A DNA stretch of 64,000 bases, from the IMG/VR virus record IMGVR_UViG_3300035181_000357, positions 1 to 64,000 of that record; one strand, written 5' to 3'. Of this stretch, positions 9,092 through 18,392 are shown piece after piece. The notes under the pieces were generated by a model, which saw only the letters and a program-made list of their open reading frames with translations, was not told the DNA's origin and made no database searches. Every line of letters begins with the position of its first letter. The stretch's first letter is position 1. Both the position numbers and the translations under genes were made by a program.

Positions 9092-9932
9092 AATCTGATC
9101 CTAAGAGCCATCGAGTAAACTTGTAATCCTTAGGAACATCTTCGATAGGATTGATTCCATATGCTTGAAGGAATCCACATTCTGCAGCACAACTTATTCT
9201 CGGAACTACCAGATCTGCATACATAGACTCATCCCCGGTTCCTACGATATTTCTGACTAGATCAAAGTGACGCTCATACACATGAAAGCTATCTGCTGTA
9301 TGATAGTATGTACCCAACCCTAACTCAGGGTAAACTTCTTTGAGATAAACAAATACCATCTCGTGGATAAAACTGAAACATGGTGCGTCATTTCCCATAC
9401 CAAACACAGCATCCTGTGATCGCATGTGCACACTCATGTTGACTCTGTTGTCTCTAATCCTGAAATTGAGACTATAAGTACATGGAACATCCTTTGCTTC
9501 ATCAATAAAATGTTCTGGCTCAGAGCCTAGGATAATAATACTGGCTCTACGACTATCTCTGTCTTTTATCAATTCCCTGACGACTCGTGTCATACCACCT
9601 TTGGTGAAGACATAGTGTCCGTAGTTGGAGTTAATATATGGGAGACCTCTAGAGTCTAGAACCTTAACATCTCCCCATATCTTTGCATGATCACAGATAG
9701 ACATATCATATCTGTCACCACGAAGATACCATAGGAATTCTTTCTTAATGTAATTGATATTTAATTTTCTATCTTTGAAATTGGTGAATCGAACGTATGG
9801 TTCTAACTCATAACTAAAATGTTCACACTCTAAGACAGGAAGGCCTCGAGGAGTTGACATCTTCCCTTTATCGATAAGCCTGGTATACACTTTATAGAAC
9901 TCGTTCCAGCTAACATATGAATCTAATGTCAT
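9084..9932 (-). CDS. Thymidylate-synthase-family enzyme, probable dCMP hydroxymethylase/methylase
   Basis: EFLWYLRG, NSNYG, DSRRA, DVPCT (catalytic Cys), MRSQDAVFGMGND, HVYERHF. Asp sits at the ThyA Asn177 position, as in T4 gp42 (MRSNDVVFGFRND). Confidence 0.8.
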   Translation of the reverse strand: MTLDSYVSWNEFYKVYTRLIDKGKMSTPRGLPVLECEHFSYELEPYVRFTNFKDRKLNINYIKKEFLWYLRGDRYDMSICDHAKIWGDVKVLDSRGLPYINSNYGHYVFTKGGMTRVVRELIKDRDSRRASIIILGSEPEHFIDEAKDVPCTYSLNFRIRDNRVNMSVHMRSQDAVFGMGNDAPCFSFIHEMVFVYLKEVYPELGLGTYYHTADSFHVYERHFDLVRNIVGTGDESMYADLVVPRISCAAECGFLQAYGINPIEDVPKDYKFTRWLLGSDYE

Positions 9933-10165
9933 TCTCTAGTCCTCAACCTAGTCAAAAGCGCAACATCCTCTAACCTGATACCCTCTGTAACATGCGCGAT
10001 CACAGACTCTATAGTAGCACTAGGTACTTTATTTCTTTTATAATTCTCTCTAATAATACCTAATAAAGTTGGAATAATCTCGTCTCTGTTATTAGACACT
10101 AGAGTATTCCAACTTCCATCTGTTTTATCTATTAGAGCTGACTTAACTTGTTCAGAAGTTATCAC
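9929..10165 (-). CDS. Hypothetical protein
   Basis: 78 aa, ATGA-type overlap with the downstream gene. Confidence 0.55.
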   Translation of the reverse strand: MITSEQVKSALIDKTDGSWNTLVSNNRDEIIPTLLGIIRENYKRNKVPSATIESVIAHVTEGIRLEDVALLTRLRTRE

Positions 10166-10622
10166 ACTGCTCTCTAATCTTTAGTACGAAGGTATCCCAA
10201 TCAGTTACTACTTCTTGACCATAATACTTAGCAGTGACATCAATATTACCTTTCCTGAAATACTTATCTGTACAGTATATCAAGACAGGAGCATTAGAAC
10301 CTAGACCCAATCCTAATTCCAGTAACGTGATTGGAGACTGGCTCCCATCTGCAAAATAGTATACAATCAGATCTGCATCTTCTTGTCCCTTTAGTTCCCA
10401 CTCAACCTGCTGTCTGAACTGTGGATCGTCAATACTCTGCTTCCAGCTACTATCCCAGTCATCTCGTCTTGGGTTAAGTAATAGAACATTCTCATCACTC
10501 AATTCTGAAGATAGCTTAGTCTGCCAATCTTCAGCGGATCCCATGTCGATAGAACCAGCTAAGAAGATGGTGAATTGAGCATCATTGTTATATGTTCCTG
10601 GTGCTTTTACTATCTTGGCCAT
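10152..10622 (-). CDS. Nucleoside 2-deoxyribosyltransferase-like / nucleotide N-glycosidase
   Basis: IFLAGSID...WQ...LLNPRRDDWD...QVEWEL.....AD.I..YF...SQSPITLLELG. Confidence 0.8.
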   Translation of the reverse strand: MAKIVKAPGTYNNDAQFTIFLAGSIDMGSAEDWQTKLSSELSDENVLLLNPRRDDWDSSWKQSIDDPQFRQQVEWELKGQEDADLIVYYFADGSQSPITLLELGLGLGSNAPVLIYCTDKYFRKGNIDVTAKYYGQEVVTDWDTFVLKIREQCDNF

Positions 10623-11530
10623 TACAGTTCTCCTATATCGATACTCTTAGACATTGCTCTCTGAAAATCATCCATTATAGAATCAGGCATAGAGTCGTTC
10701 CCGATAATTGTTAAGGAATTTAACCTGGGATAAACATTTAATACCTCTGGATACGCATATGCGAAGACAGTTAATTTTCTAGCCAACAGCGAGCGGCCCA
10801 AAATATCCCCACCAGACTTTGAGAAGAACTTGGTATGGATCTTGGGAACCGCGATCCAGCCATCTGAGTTCTCCATCTGCATGGGGACAGTAAACTCGGT
10901 AGGCCACAGAAGTTGAAGAAGTTTGTGATGCGGTTGATGAAGTTTCATGTATTTCTCAACTTCAAACCGAAGCATAGACATATTCTGACTATCTGCGAGT
11001 GCAGGAGTCTGGTTCTTTGCAGATAGTCTCCAACTGATGTTGTTCGAGAACTTACCTGCAATACGTTCAATAGCTACTAGGTTAACAGCTTTGTTGTACG
11101 TCTCTGACCAAGGTGATTCACTCTTATCAATCTTCCCCTTAACCAATGGATCTGGAGATCCTAGTTTAACAGCATCAGCAGCCGTCTCCATGATGTCTCG
11201 TCGAAGACTATCTAGATCAAATTGGAACTGGGGAGCAGCCTGTAGATTTAGTATACACTGTGATGCAATGTTATAGTCTAGAAGATCTGTATTAGCCAAC
11301 TGTTTAGACAACAGGATCCCATCATATGTAACAGGTCTCTCTCGCTTAACTGATTCAAAGATATCAGAGAAGATAGTCCATACGAACTGTCTAGCATGGT
11401 CAGTCCGATCGAAAGCAATAGGAAGTTTACTCGACCAGTAATCAGCCATAGTTTCTTCAGTGGCCATAACAATTCCTACGACTTCACAGAATTGCTTTAA
11501 GATAACGTCATTAAGATTTTTAGAGCTCAC
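10622..11530 (-). CDS. Hypothetical protein
   Basis: 302-aa coupled ORF, no recognised motif. Confidence 0.6.
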   Translation of the reverse strand: MSSKNLNDVILKQFCEVVGIVMATEETMADYWSSKLPIAFDRTDHARQFVWTIFSDIFESVKRERPVTYDGILLSKQLANTDLLDYNIASQCILNLQAAPQFQFDLDSLRRDIMETAADAVKLGSPDPLVKGKIDKSESPWSETYNKAVNLVAIERIAGKFSNNISWRLSAKNQTPALADSQNMSMLRFEVEKYMKLHQPHHKLLQLLWPTEFTVPMQMENSDGWIAVPKIHTKFFSKSGGDILGRSLLARKLTVFAYAYPEVLNVYPRLNSLTIIGNDSMPDSIMDDFQRAMSKSIDIGEL

Positions 11531-12509
11531 AATAATCCTTTACCAGGTCTTTAACCGTTTTATCATCACAGATGGCATCTAGAATTTCTAGAGGATCATC
11601 TGACTCAACTTCTGATACTTGCTCTTCCATGTCATCTAGGAACATCTTCATCTCTTCAGATTTAGCTACTTTCTTCATAGATGAATCAGCTATCTGAAAA
11701 CATGCCTCTAATGGAACTGTTGGTACTATCTTCTCTACTACCTTAATCCCTTCTGCAGAAAAAGAGATTACTGGAACCACGATGTCACGATCGACTTCAT
11801 CGATTGACAAGCTGGCACGAGACAAGGATCCATAATGTAGGTGATGAGTCTTCCCGACTTTCTTTGGTTCAACTCGTGAATGGTCGTGTCCCCATAACAC
11901 TACATCAAACCCGTATGGTTCTAAAGTATTGTATCCAATAGTTCTTTCACCAAAGAAATCACCATCTTCACCAGGACGTCCTACCTGGTGGATCACAGCT
12001 ACACGGTAGCAATCATCATACTTGTCAATCTCTGGTTTAGAGGCTTTTAGTGCCTCTAACGTAGTCTCAGTGTCTCTGTAATCAAACCCAATTACCATAA
12101 CCCTGACACCCTCGTCCTGACACCTGAATACTGTAGGTTCAGTTATTGGGCGATAGACATGTGATGCAATCAGGACACCTAGGGGTGAGTTGTCTAGCGT
12201 TGATATGTTATGATTAAAATCGTGATTTCCAACAATCCCATAAATATTTCCCCCAGGAAAAGAAGAAAAAACCTCTATAGCCTGATTGATCATACTTGGA
12301 GGATTGGCTAGAGATTGCCACCTCTTAACATGAAACACATCCCCGCCACATATCGCAGCACCTTTAACTTTATGGGTGAGGGCACTGGCAAACCTTATCT
12401 TGCCCAGGATGGTCTGTTCATAATTATCTCGTCGTCTTCCAGGAGGAGTAGCGGATAGATGAATATCGGTAATGAAGGTTAGATTTATTTTATGATGATT
12501 TAGTATCAT
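11520..12509 (-). CDS. SbcD/Mre11/gp47-like metallophosphoesterase nuclease
   Basis: TDIH, GGDVF, GNHD, H, GHDH and YGSL calcineurin-like motifs. Confidence 0.85.
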   Translation of the reverse strand: MILNHHKINLTFITDIHLSATPPGRRRDNYEQTILGKIRFASALTHKVKGAAICGGDVFHVKRWQSLANPPSMINQAIEVFSSFPGGNIYGIVGNHDFNHNISTLDNSPLGVLIASHVYRPITEPTVFRCQDEGVRVMVIGFDYRDTETTLEALKASKPEIDKYDDCYRVAVIHQVGRPGEDGDFFGERTIGYNTLEPYGFDVVLWGHDHSRVEPKKVGKTHHLHYGSLSRASLSIDEVDRDIVVPVISFSAEGIKVVEKIVPTVPLEACFQIADSSMKKVAKSEEMKMFLDDMEEQVSEVESDDPLEILDAICDDKTVKDLVKDYCEL

Positions 12510-12525
12510 AACTTCCGGAACAAAA

Positions 12526-12605
12526 GAGAAGAGAAGAGAAGAGAAGAGAAGAGAAGAGAAGAGAAGAGAAGAGAAGAGAAGAGAAGAGAAGAGAAGAGAA
12601 GAGAA
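12526..12605. repeat. Perfect (GAGAA)16 pentanucleotide tandem repeat, intergenic
   Basis: 16 units counted directly, between the dCMP deaminase stop and the SbcD start. Confidence 0.95.
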
Positions 12606-12615
12606 GAAATCTTGA

Positions 12616-13206
12616 TTAATCGATAACTCTTATGAATTTCATACCAGAATTCCTAGATATCCAGGATAATGCTGGTCTATCATACTCGGGTTGAGGTCTA
12701 TCTGTTTTATATATGACTGTATTAACATTCCGAACTACACATTGTTTAGCACAATCTAAACAGGGGACAGCTGAGCAGAATAACACATACCCATCTTTGT
12801 CATTCAGATTAGATACCCTTGAAAATGCATCTATTTCTGCATGTATAGTCAGTCTACAGGTTCTTTCAGGTTGACATCCTATATCATTACATGAGAGTTC
12901 GTTGTCTTTTGAATATGGATAACGATTATATCCATATTCAGATTCTCTACTTTGGATAGAATAGATACATGACCCTATCTTAGCTCTACAGCATGGGGAG
13001 AAAGAACTTGTGATCTCTATATCCTTGAATATTTTAGATGTAAATTCATCTAGTTCAGCCAAGCCACCTAGCCCGAGAAGACCTGTTAAATAACTAGCCA
13101 TATCAAATTCTGGTTCCACTGGATACCAGATTATATTGTCACTATAGTCTAACTTTAGTTTAGACTCAGTTAAAGGATCACCGAATTCTTCTTGGACGAA
13201 TCGCAT
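12616..13206 (-). CDS. dCMP deaminase-like protein
   Basis: SPC....IG, GYN, HAE, PCLDC Zn-deaminase motifs, after a ~65-aa N-terminal extension. Confidence 0.8.
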   Translation of the reverse strand: MRFVQEEFGDPLTESKLKLDYSDNIIWYPVEPEFDMASYLTGLLGLGGLAELDEFTSKIFKDIEITSSFSPCCRAKIGSCIYSIQSRESEYGYNRYPYSKDNELSCNDIGCQPERTCRLTIHAEIDAFSRVSNLNDKDGYVLFCSAVPCLDCAKQCVVRNVNTVIYKTDRPQPEYDRPALSWISRNSGMKFIRVID

Positions 13207-13484
13207 TAGAGCTCCTTGAACTTAGATACCAAGGTCTCGGCCTTTTCAAGCGTCTCTTCTATCTCAGCCAGTACTTTTTCAGATTCAGCTTGAAGCTTCT
13301 CCTGCAGTTCCTTTATCTCCTGAACAGATAGTTCTTCTACATCATATCCAAGATCAGAAAGTTCTTTCATAGCTCTCTTCTTATTCTGCTCTTCGACAGC
13401 AATCTTACCTACGATCGCTTCTTTGCTTTTAGTGAGAGTCACTACTCTCTTCTCAACGGCTGCAATTCTCTCTTGAGTATCCAT
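13206..13484 (-). CDS. Small coiled-coil protein
   Basis: 92 aa, heptad-rich and E/K/L-rich; directly follows SbcC-N. Confidence 0.6.
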   Translation of the reverse strand: MDTQERIAAVEKRVVTLTKSKEAIVGKIAVEEQNKKRAMKELSDLGYDVEELSVQEIKELQEKLQAESEKVLAEIEETLEKAETLVSKFKEL

Positions 13485-14660
13485 TTAAACCTCTACTTTA
13501 AACATGTAACCACACTTAGGGCATTCTACTTTTGACGCTTGTTCTATCTGTTCTTGCTTACGGAGATCCTTTAAATCTCCTGATGTAGATTCTAAATCTG
13601 ATGATACTGTATCTAAGTCATTTTTGAGCAGCTTCAATAACCTGATATATCCGATGTAGTTGGGAAGTAACAGACACGCCGTATCTAGGTCTAGCAATTT
13701 CTTCTTATCTTTATTCAAGGAATCAGTGTCTAGAGCCTTAGTATCCAGGGTCACACTCTTTTTATTATATACATCTAAGAGGTATACAATAGAAGATAGT
13801 CTGGATTGTTTGTTTACAAGCTCCACTAGTTCCTTGAATGTTTCTAAACTTTTAGAAGATAAAGAATACGCGTACCTTGAATATCTATATGTGGATAGTA
13901 GACTAGATACCTTAGAGTTATTGGCTACAGGAGTCAAATCAAAATCTAGAACATCTATCTCAGATTTAGTCTCTACTAACTTATCTAGTTTATCAGATGT
14001 GATTAAAAATGTATCGACACAATCTACTGTGTCTAACAGTTCATTGTTCCTAGAATCCAATTTCTTTAAAGTTTTGGAAACAGGTTTAGCTTGTTCCAAG
14101 AACATACTTAGTTTATGTGCTTTAGCCTCTGCATCAGTTATCATCTTAGCCGTTACTTTAGCCTCTACATCTAGTTCTTTTATCTTCGTACCGATCCTTT
14201 TCTTACCTTGATCTAATTTCTCTGTTGAAGAAAATGCACCCAACACAGTGTTCAAATCAGCTGGTGAACTACAAAGAAGGAATTGATTATCAAACTGACC
14301 ACCAAAGATGGGATCAAGCTCGACATTCCCAATATGGATAGAAGAGTACCCCATCTTAGCAACAGCTTCTGGGATATTCCCTGCGAGCTTCCCATACTCT
14401 ACACCGTTCACGGTATAAGTAGTAGCAGCCTTCGTAGTTCTTTTAGCAACGACAGTGTTCTTATCAAAAGAGATAGAAACAGCTAATTCTGTCTCACCTA
14501 TCTTGATCTTGTTAGCACCGATATCATTCCTAAATGTTCCACGAATCATTCGAAATACAGAAGACTTACCAATATCTGAGGGACCCACTATAGCAGTGAA
14601 TCCCTCGATATCAAGAAATGCATCTGACCAAGATTGAAAGTTAGATGCTTGTACTCGCAT
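13485..14660 (-). CDS. SbcC/Rad50/gp46-like ATPase, N-terminal half only
   Basis: NFQS, Walker A GPSDIGKS, Q-loop GQFD, coiled coil, ends in CPKC zinc hook. No signature motif or Walker B. Confidence 0.85.
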   Translation of the reverse strand: MRVQASNFQSWSDAFLDIEGFTAIVGPSDIGKSSVFRMIRGTFRNDIGANKIKIGETELAVSISFDKNTVVAKRTTKAATTYTVNGVEYGKLAGNIPEAVAKMGYSSIHIGNVELDPIFGGQFDNQFLLCSSPADLNTVLGAFSSTEKLDQGKKRIGTKIKELDVEAKVTAKMITDAEAKAHKLSMFLEQAKPVSKTLKKLDSRNNELLDTVDCVDTFLITSDKLDKLVETKSEIDVLDFDLTPVANNSKVSSLLSTYRYSRYAYSLSSKSLETFKELVELVNKQSRLSSIVYLLDVYNKKSVTLDTKALDTDSLNKDKKKLLDLDTACLLLPNYIGYIRLLKLLKNDLDTVSSDLESTSGDLKDLRKQEQIEQASKVECPKCGYMFKVEV

Positions 14661-15913
14661 TAGAACTCGTCTTCATCGTCTAAAATATCAGCGGATCCAT
14701 CGAATTCAGCGATATCTACACCATCTTCTTTGTGACCAGCCACTAACATCTCACCCTCGGTCAATACCGTATCAAAGGCTCCAGAATTATCAGAACGAAT
14801 GACTTCAACGAGCTGAGCTTTCAATCTGGTTAAGACCTCGAGATTTTCATCATAGACTAGATCTCTTACAGCCTGTTCCTTGTTGTCGTAGGTAGCGATG
14901 ATGTCTTCGTCGATCCCGACGAGCCACTTCTGACCCTTGTTCCTAATAAGACCATAACTACGAGCAAGCTCACGAACAGACATCCAATCATCAAGGCCAC
15001 GACCAGTTCTAAGATAGATAGAGTATTCTCTGTAGCTACCCATCGTAACCTTGTTCTTAAGAACTCGAACCTTGACCTTGGTAGCTTTGACACTCTTTGA
15101 GCTATTACTGTCAGACTCTGCTTCCATCAAGAAAGGATCGTCCACAGCACCCTTTAAAGCCTTCTGAGCATTGACTTCGATCATCAAAGATGGGACGTAG
15201 CGAACACTGTTTCCACCAGGTAGAACATATGGTAGATTGGTGTAAGATGGGTACTTTTGAGCCATAGCAGCCTCTTGACTACCATCGATACGAGCACGAA
15301 TCTGATTAACCATCAAGAATGAACAATCATGCTGCATTGCATATGGTAAAAGAATATCGAAGAAACGAACCATCATACGAGCGTGTTCTCCGACGCTTGC
15401 CTTGAAAGCTTGACCACTGCGGATGTCCTTCTTGTCTCGCTTCTGCTTCATCTTTGGAATGGAGTCGAATACGAACAGCTTACATCCGGCTTCAATGTAC
15501 TCCACAGCCTTCTGAATACAGTCCTCAATATCCGAGATCTTGAATACAGCGAGACCTGGACCAGTATTAACACCGACATTCTTAAGGTATTCGAAGGTGA
15601 CAGTTCCTTCAAAGTCGAAGATTACTGCAGGTAATCCAGTTTCTTTCTGGTAATTCTTCACCAAGTGATAACAGATAGTTGATTTACCGCCATGTTCTTT
15701 ACCATGAATATGGATTACACGACCACCAAAGGGGATACCTTGTAATCTTAGAACTTCATCCCAGACAATCGAATTGGTTGGGACCTTATGTTCTTGGTAA
15801 TTCTCGTCGATTAGGAACGAATTCGCATCATCTTTATACGATGCAGATAAAGAGGCAAACCTTGTCATCACATCACCACTAAGATCTTCTGATTTTGTTT
15901 TCTTTCTTGCCAT
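14660..15913 (-). CDS. recA: RecA/UvsX recombinase
   Basis: GIPFGGRVIHIHGKEHGGKS, FDSIP, NQIR, GGNSVRY..S, KNKV. Confidence 0.9.
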   Translation of the reverse strand: MARKKTKSEDLSGDVMTRFASLSASYKDDANSFLIDENYQEHKVPTNSIVWDEVLRLQGIPFGGRVIHIHGKEHGGKSTICYHLVKNYQKETGLPAVIFDFEGTVTFEYLKNVGVNTGPGLAVFKISDIEDCIQKAVEYIEAGCKLFVFDSIPKMKQKRDKKDIRSGQAFKASVGEHARMMVRFFDILLPYAMQHDCSFLMVNQIRARIDGSQEAAMAQKYPSYTNLPYVLPGGNSVRYVPSLMIEVNAQKALKGAVDDPFLMEAESDSNSSKSVKATKVKVRVLKNKVTMGSYREYSIYLRTGRGLDDWMSVRELARSYGLIRNKGQKWLVGIDEDIIATYDNKEQAVRDLVYDENLEVLTRLKAQLVEVIRSDNSGAFDTVLTEGEMLVAGHKEDGVDIAEFDGSADILDDEDEF

Positions 15914-15925
15914 GCTATCTCCCAG

Positions 15926-16735
15926 TTACACTGTGTATGATACTTTGAGAAGACGCTTCTTAGGTGGAATCCTAGCATCTTTAACCACAACCGAATATTC
16001 TGATCTAGTATAATCAAACCAATATATGGGATTATGAAATAATCCTTTAGTAGTGGTTTTCATATTTCGACCCTTGCCTTTCAATACTTCTTTATCTTCG
16101 CATAGAATCTTCACTATATTCTGAGGGACGCTTTCAATCTTCTCCTGAAGAATCAAGGCTGCATATATACCCATCTGGGTTAATAACACTCCATCACAAG
16201 AATCACTATCAAGACCTGGATATTCTATTAAGGGTATGAAGGAGAATGCTCTTTCTATATTTTCTTTTTTGTTCCCTGCTCCTCTTTGGATTAGACCCAT
16301 AGCTGATCTAAGTGTTGAGGCATTGACGCTCAATGTCCACACTTTATACTTATGTAGAATTGAAGTTTCTGAAAACAGGACAGAGGTAACTACCCTGTTT
16401 AGTGATGTTAAAAAATCATTCATTGGAGTTGGAGTTTCCATTGATAGAATAATTATCGGAGTTACCTGGATAGTCTCAATGGCAGATTCTATCTCTTTTA
16501 GTATAGATATACCTATCAATGTGCTCCGTACCCAGATCGGATCTGAAGATTTCTCAGGTTTGAATGAACCTATCTTAATGATCTCTGGTACATCTTCTCC
16601 CCTACGCATTAGAGATATAGAATAACCAGTCCTAGATAAACTAAGATCCATCCCAACAATCAGAAAATCTCCGTGTATAGGATTCGGATAGAGAATGGAC
16701 ACCTTTGAATTTTTACTTTGTTTAGACTCCTTCAT
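15926..16735 (-). CDS. RuvC-like Holliday junction resolvase
   Basis: IVGMDLSLSRTG, SMETP and DSDSCDG acidic RNase H-fold triad. Confidence 0.75.
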   Translation of the reverse strand: MKESKQSKNSKVSILYPNPIHGDFLIVGMDLSLSRTGYSISLMRRGEDVPEIIKIGSFKPEKSSDPIWVRSTLIGISILKEIESAIETIQVTPIIILSMETPTPMNDFLTSLNRVVTSVLFSETSILHKYKVWTLSVNASTLRSAMGLIQRGAGNKKENIERAFSFIPLIEYPGLDSDSCDGVLLTQMGIYAALILQEKIESVPQNIVKILCEDKEVLKGKGRNMKTTTKGLFHNPIYWFDYTRSEYSVVVKDARIPPKKRLLKVSYTV

Positions 16736-17027
16736 AAACTGCTAGAACTCTCTTGATATCTGCTGGGTGTTCAGGATGCTCAGGAAGATCAGAGGTATCC
16801 TTACAAATTACGATATACCCTTCTTCGAGATCCTGTCCTTTGAATACCTTGTATCCATCGAATTCACCAATATGTGGTGTTCCCAAATCTGTAGGATTGA
16901 AGCCTGAATCAGCTGCTAATACTTCCAGTTCTTCAGAATTGGCTACGATTGAACTATTCTCTAGATTTGCACCACCATGTTCTTGTTGAAACCTAGCTAC
17001 ACTATTCTTAAACCACGTCATATCCAT
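16722..17027 (-). CDS. Hypothetical protein
   Basis: 101 aa with an AGGAG RBS. Confidence 0.6.
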   Translation of the reverse strand: MDMTWFKNSVARFQQEHGGANLENSSIVANSEELEVLAADSGFNPTDLGTPHIGEFDGYKVFKGQDLEEGYIVICKDTSDLPEHPEHPADIKRVLAVYEGV

Positions 17028-17028
17028 A

Positions 17029-17076
17029 GTATTCTCCTATGAGAATACCCAGACCCTGATCGCAGAGTCTGGGTAT
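17029..17076 (-). promoter_or_regulatory. Two overlapping hairpins, one occluding the RBS of the 16722..17027 gene
   Basis: 14-bp stem including a G.U pair (17045-17076) overlaps by 4 nt with GTATTCTC-ATAG-GAGAATAC (17029-17048). Confidence 0.5.
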
Positions 17077-17089
17077 AATTTCTTGCATC

Positions 17090-17920
17090 TTAGATGTCTT
17101 CAATCTCGTCGATATCAGACTCGTCGTCATCACCCTTGTTAGCAGCGGTGAGGTAGCCATTCAGCTCAGCCTTGGTGATCTTCTTAGGAAGACGCTTGCT
17201 CAACTTAACACCATCAAGATGAGATACTAACTCTTCCTTGACAGCAGAAACGAGCTCAGGATTTGACAGATACTTGGCCTTTGAACTGATCCTAGTGTAG
17301 TCATACCCAATACCAGAATTTGGCTGGAACATCAAGATATCGATACCATATACAGTTCCATCTTCCTCAGCAAGTCTGCTGATCTTGGCATACTGCGTTC
17401 TGGAAAGCTTGATGTATTTGATCTTGAACTCAACAGGCTGATCCTTGCGAAGCTTACCATCCTTGAGACTGGCGTTCGTATAATGAAGAACCAGTGCCAC
17501 GATGTCTAAACCTGGATCTCCGAGAGCTACACAGCACTTGGCCTTTGGAGCCTTCTTGTCAGAATGATCGGTTAAGCAGCGGAAACTACCCTTGCCCTCG
17601 ACATAGTGACTATATGCTCTCTTTGGCTTGACTTCAGAAAGAATAGTGAATCTTGCGAACTGCTCTTTCTCCTTGACTTCCAGACGTTCCAGGAAGCCAG
17701 TATTCTTCATTAACTCTTCGTCACCGAAGTCAACATCATCTTCGTCATCGATAGCTGGCTTTGATGATTTCTTAGGCTTAGGACTCTCATCCTCGTCATC
17801 GTCGATGACGACTTTCTTCTTCTTGACGACTACTTCCTCTTCATCCTCGTCACGGACTTGTTTCTTCTTAGGCTTCGGAGTGATTTCCTCATCCTCTAAG
17901 TCTTCATCATATTGTGCCAT
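17090..17920 (-). CDS. Single-stranded DNA-binding protein (gp32-like), probable start MAQYDED
   Basis: Central H..C...CC putative Zn site, aromatic beta-strands and acidic C-tail DDDESDIDEIEDI. AAGGAG RBS precedes ATG 17920. Confidence 0.6.
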   Translation of the reverse strand: MAQYDEDLEDEEITPKPKKKQVRDEDEEEVVVKKKKVVIDDDEDESPKPKKSSKPAIDDEDDVDFGDEELMKNTGFLERLEVKEKEQFARFTILSEVKPKRAYSHYVEGKGSFRCLTDHSDKKAPKAKCCVALGDPGLDIVALVLHYTNASLKDGKLRKDQPVEFKIKYIKLSRTQYAKISRLAEEDGTVYGIDILMFQPNSGIGYDYTRISSKAKYLSNPELVSAVKEELVSHLDGVKLSKRLPKKITKAELNGYLTAANKGDDDESDIDEIEDI

Positions 17921-18028
17921 CGTTGGCTCCTTTTGTTGGCTGGTTCTCAATTCTGAGAACGATGTCGGTATAAGCTTGATACTCTTCTTTAACATCGTTC
18001 TCAGACCTTTTCATAAATCCAGTCTAGA

Positions 18029-18352
18029 TTAAGCCTGGACCTTTTCTAGTTCACGAAGCTGTGAGCTAGCTAGGAACTTGATCTTACGCTTTGGCTGGCC
18101 CATCTTCTGCTCGCCAGTCTTAGGAACCTTAACCATCTTAGCTGGCTTGTGGGTTACACGGAACTGACCGAATCCATGGATCTTGAACTTGAAACCATCG
18201 GTAGCAACGTTAGCAGCTAGGATGTCATGGACGGCAGAGAGTACGGCTTCTACGGTTTCAGTAGCGGCCTTGGCGGTAGGAAGGTTTAGCTTTTCCTTTA
18301 CGAGAGCCTCTAGCTCTTTACGGTTAGCTTCTGTCTTTAGTAGTTCAGTCAT
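18029..18352 (-). CDS. HU/IHF-like DNA-binding protein
   Basis: NRKEL...V, IHGFGQFRV..KPAK...PKTGE......KRKIKF. Confidence 0.9.
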   Translation of the reverse strand: MTELLKTEANRKELEALVKEKLNLPTAKAATETVEAVLSAVHDILAANVATDGFKFKIHGFGQFRVTHKPAKMVKVPKTGEQKMGQPKRKIKFLASSQLRELEKVQA

Positions 18353-18392
18353 TTAAGACTCCTTTAAAATGAGGTACGACCTCTGGGTGAAA

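Noticed and set aside
9084-9932. Plain thymidylate synthase (thyA) annotation
   Set aside because: The specificity residue is Asp rather than Asn and the motif matches T4 gp42 better, so no thyA symbol was given.
12526-12605. CRISPR array or frameshifting coding repeat
   Set aside because: There are no spacers. The SbcD frame has a stop at 12630-12632 and no start between there and the repeat, so the tract is not in a coding region.
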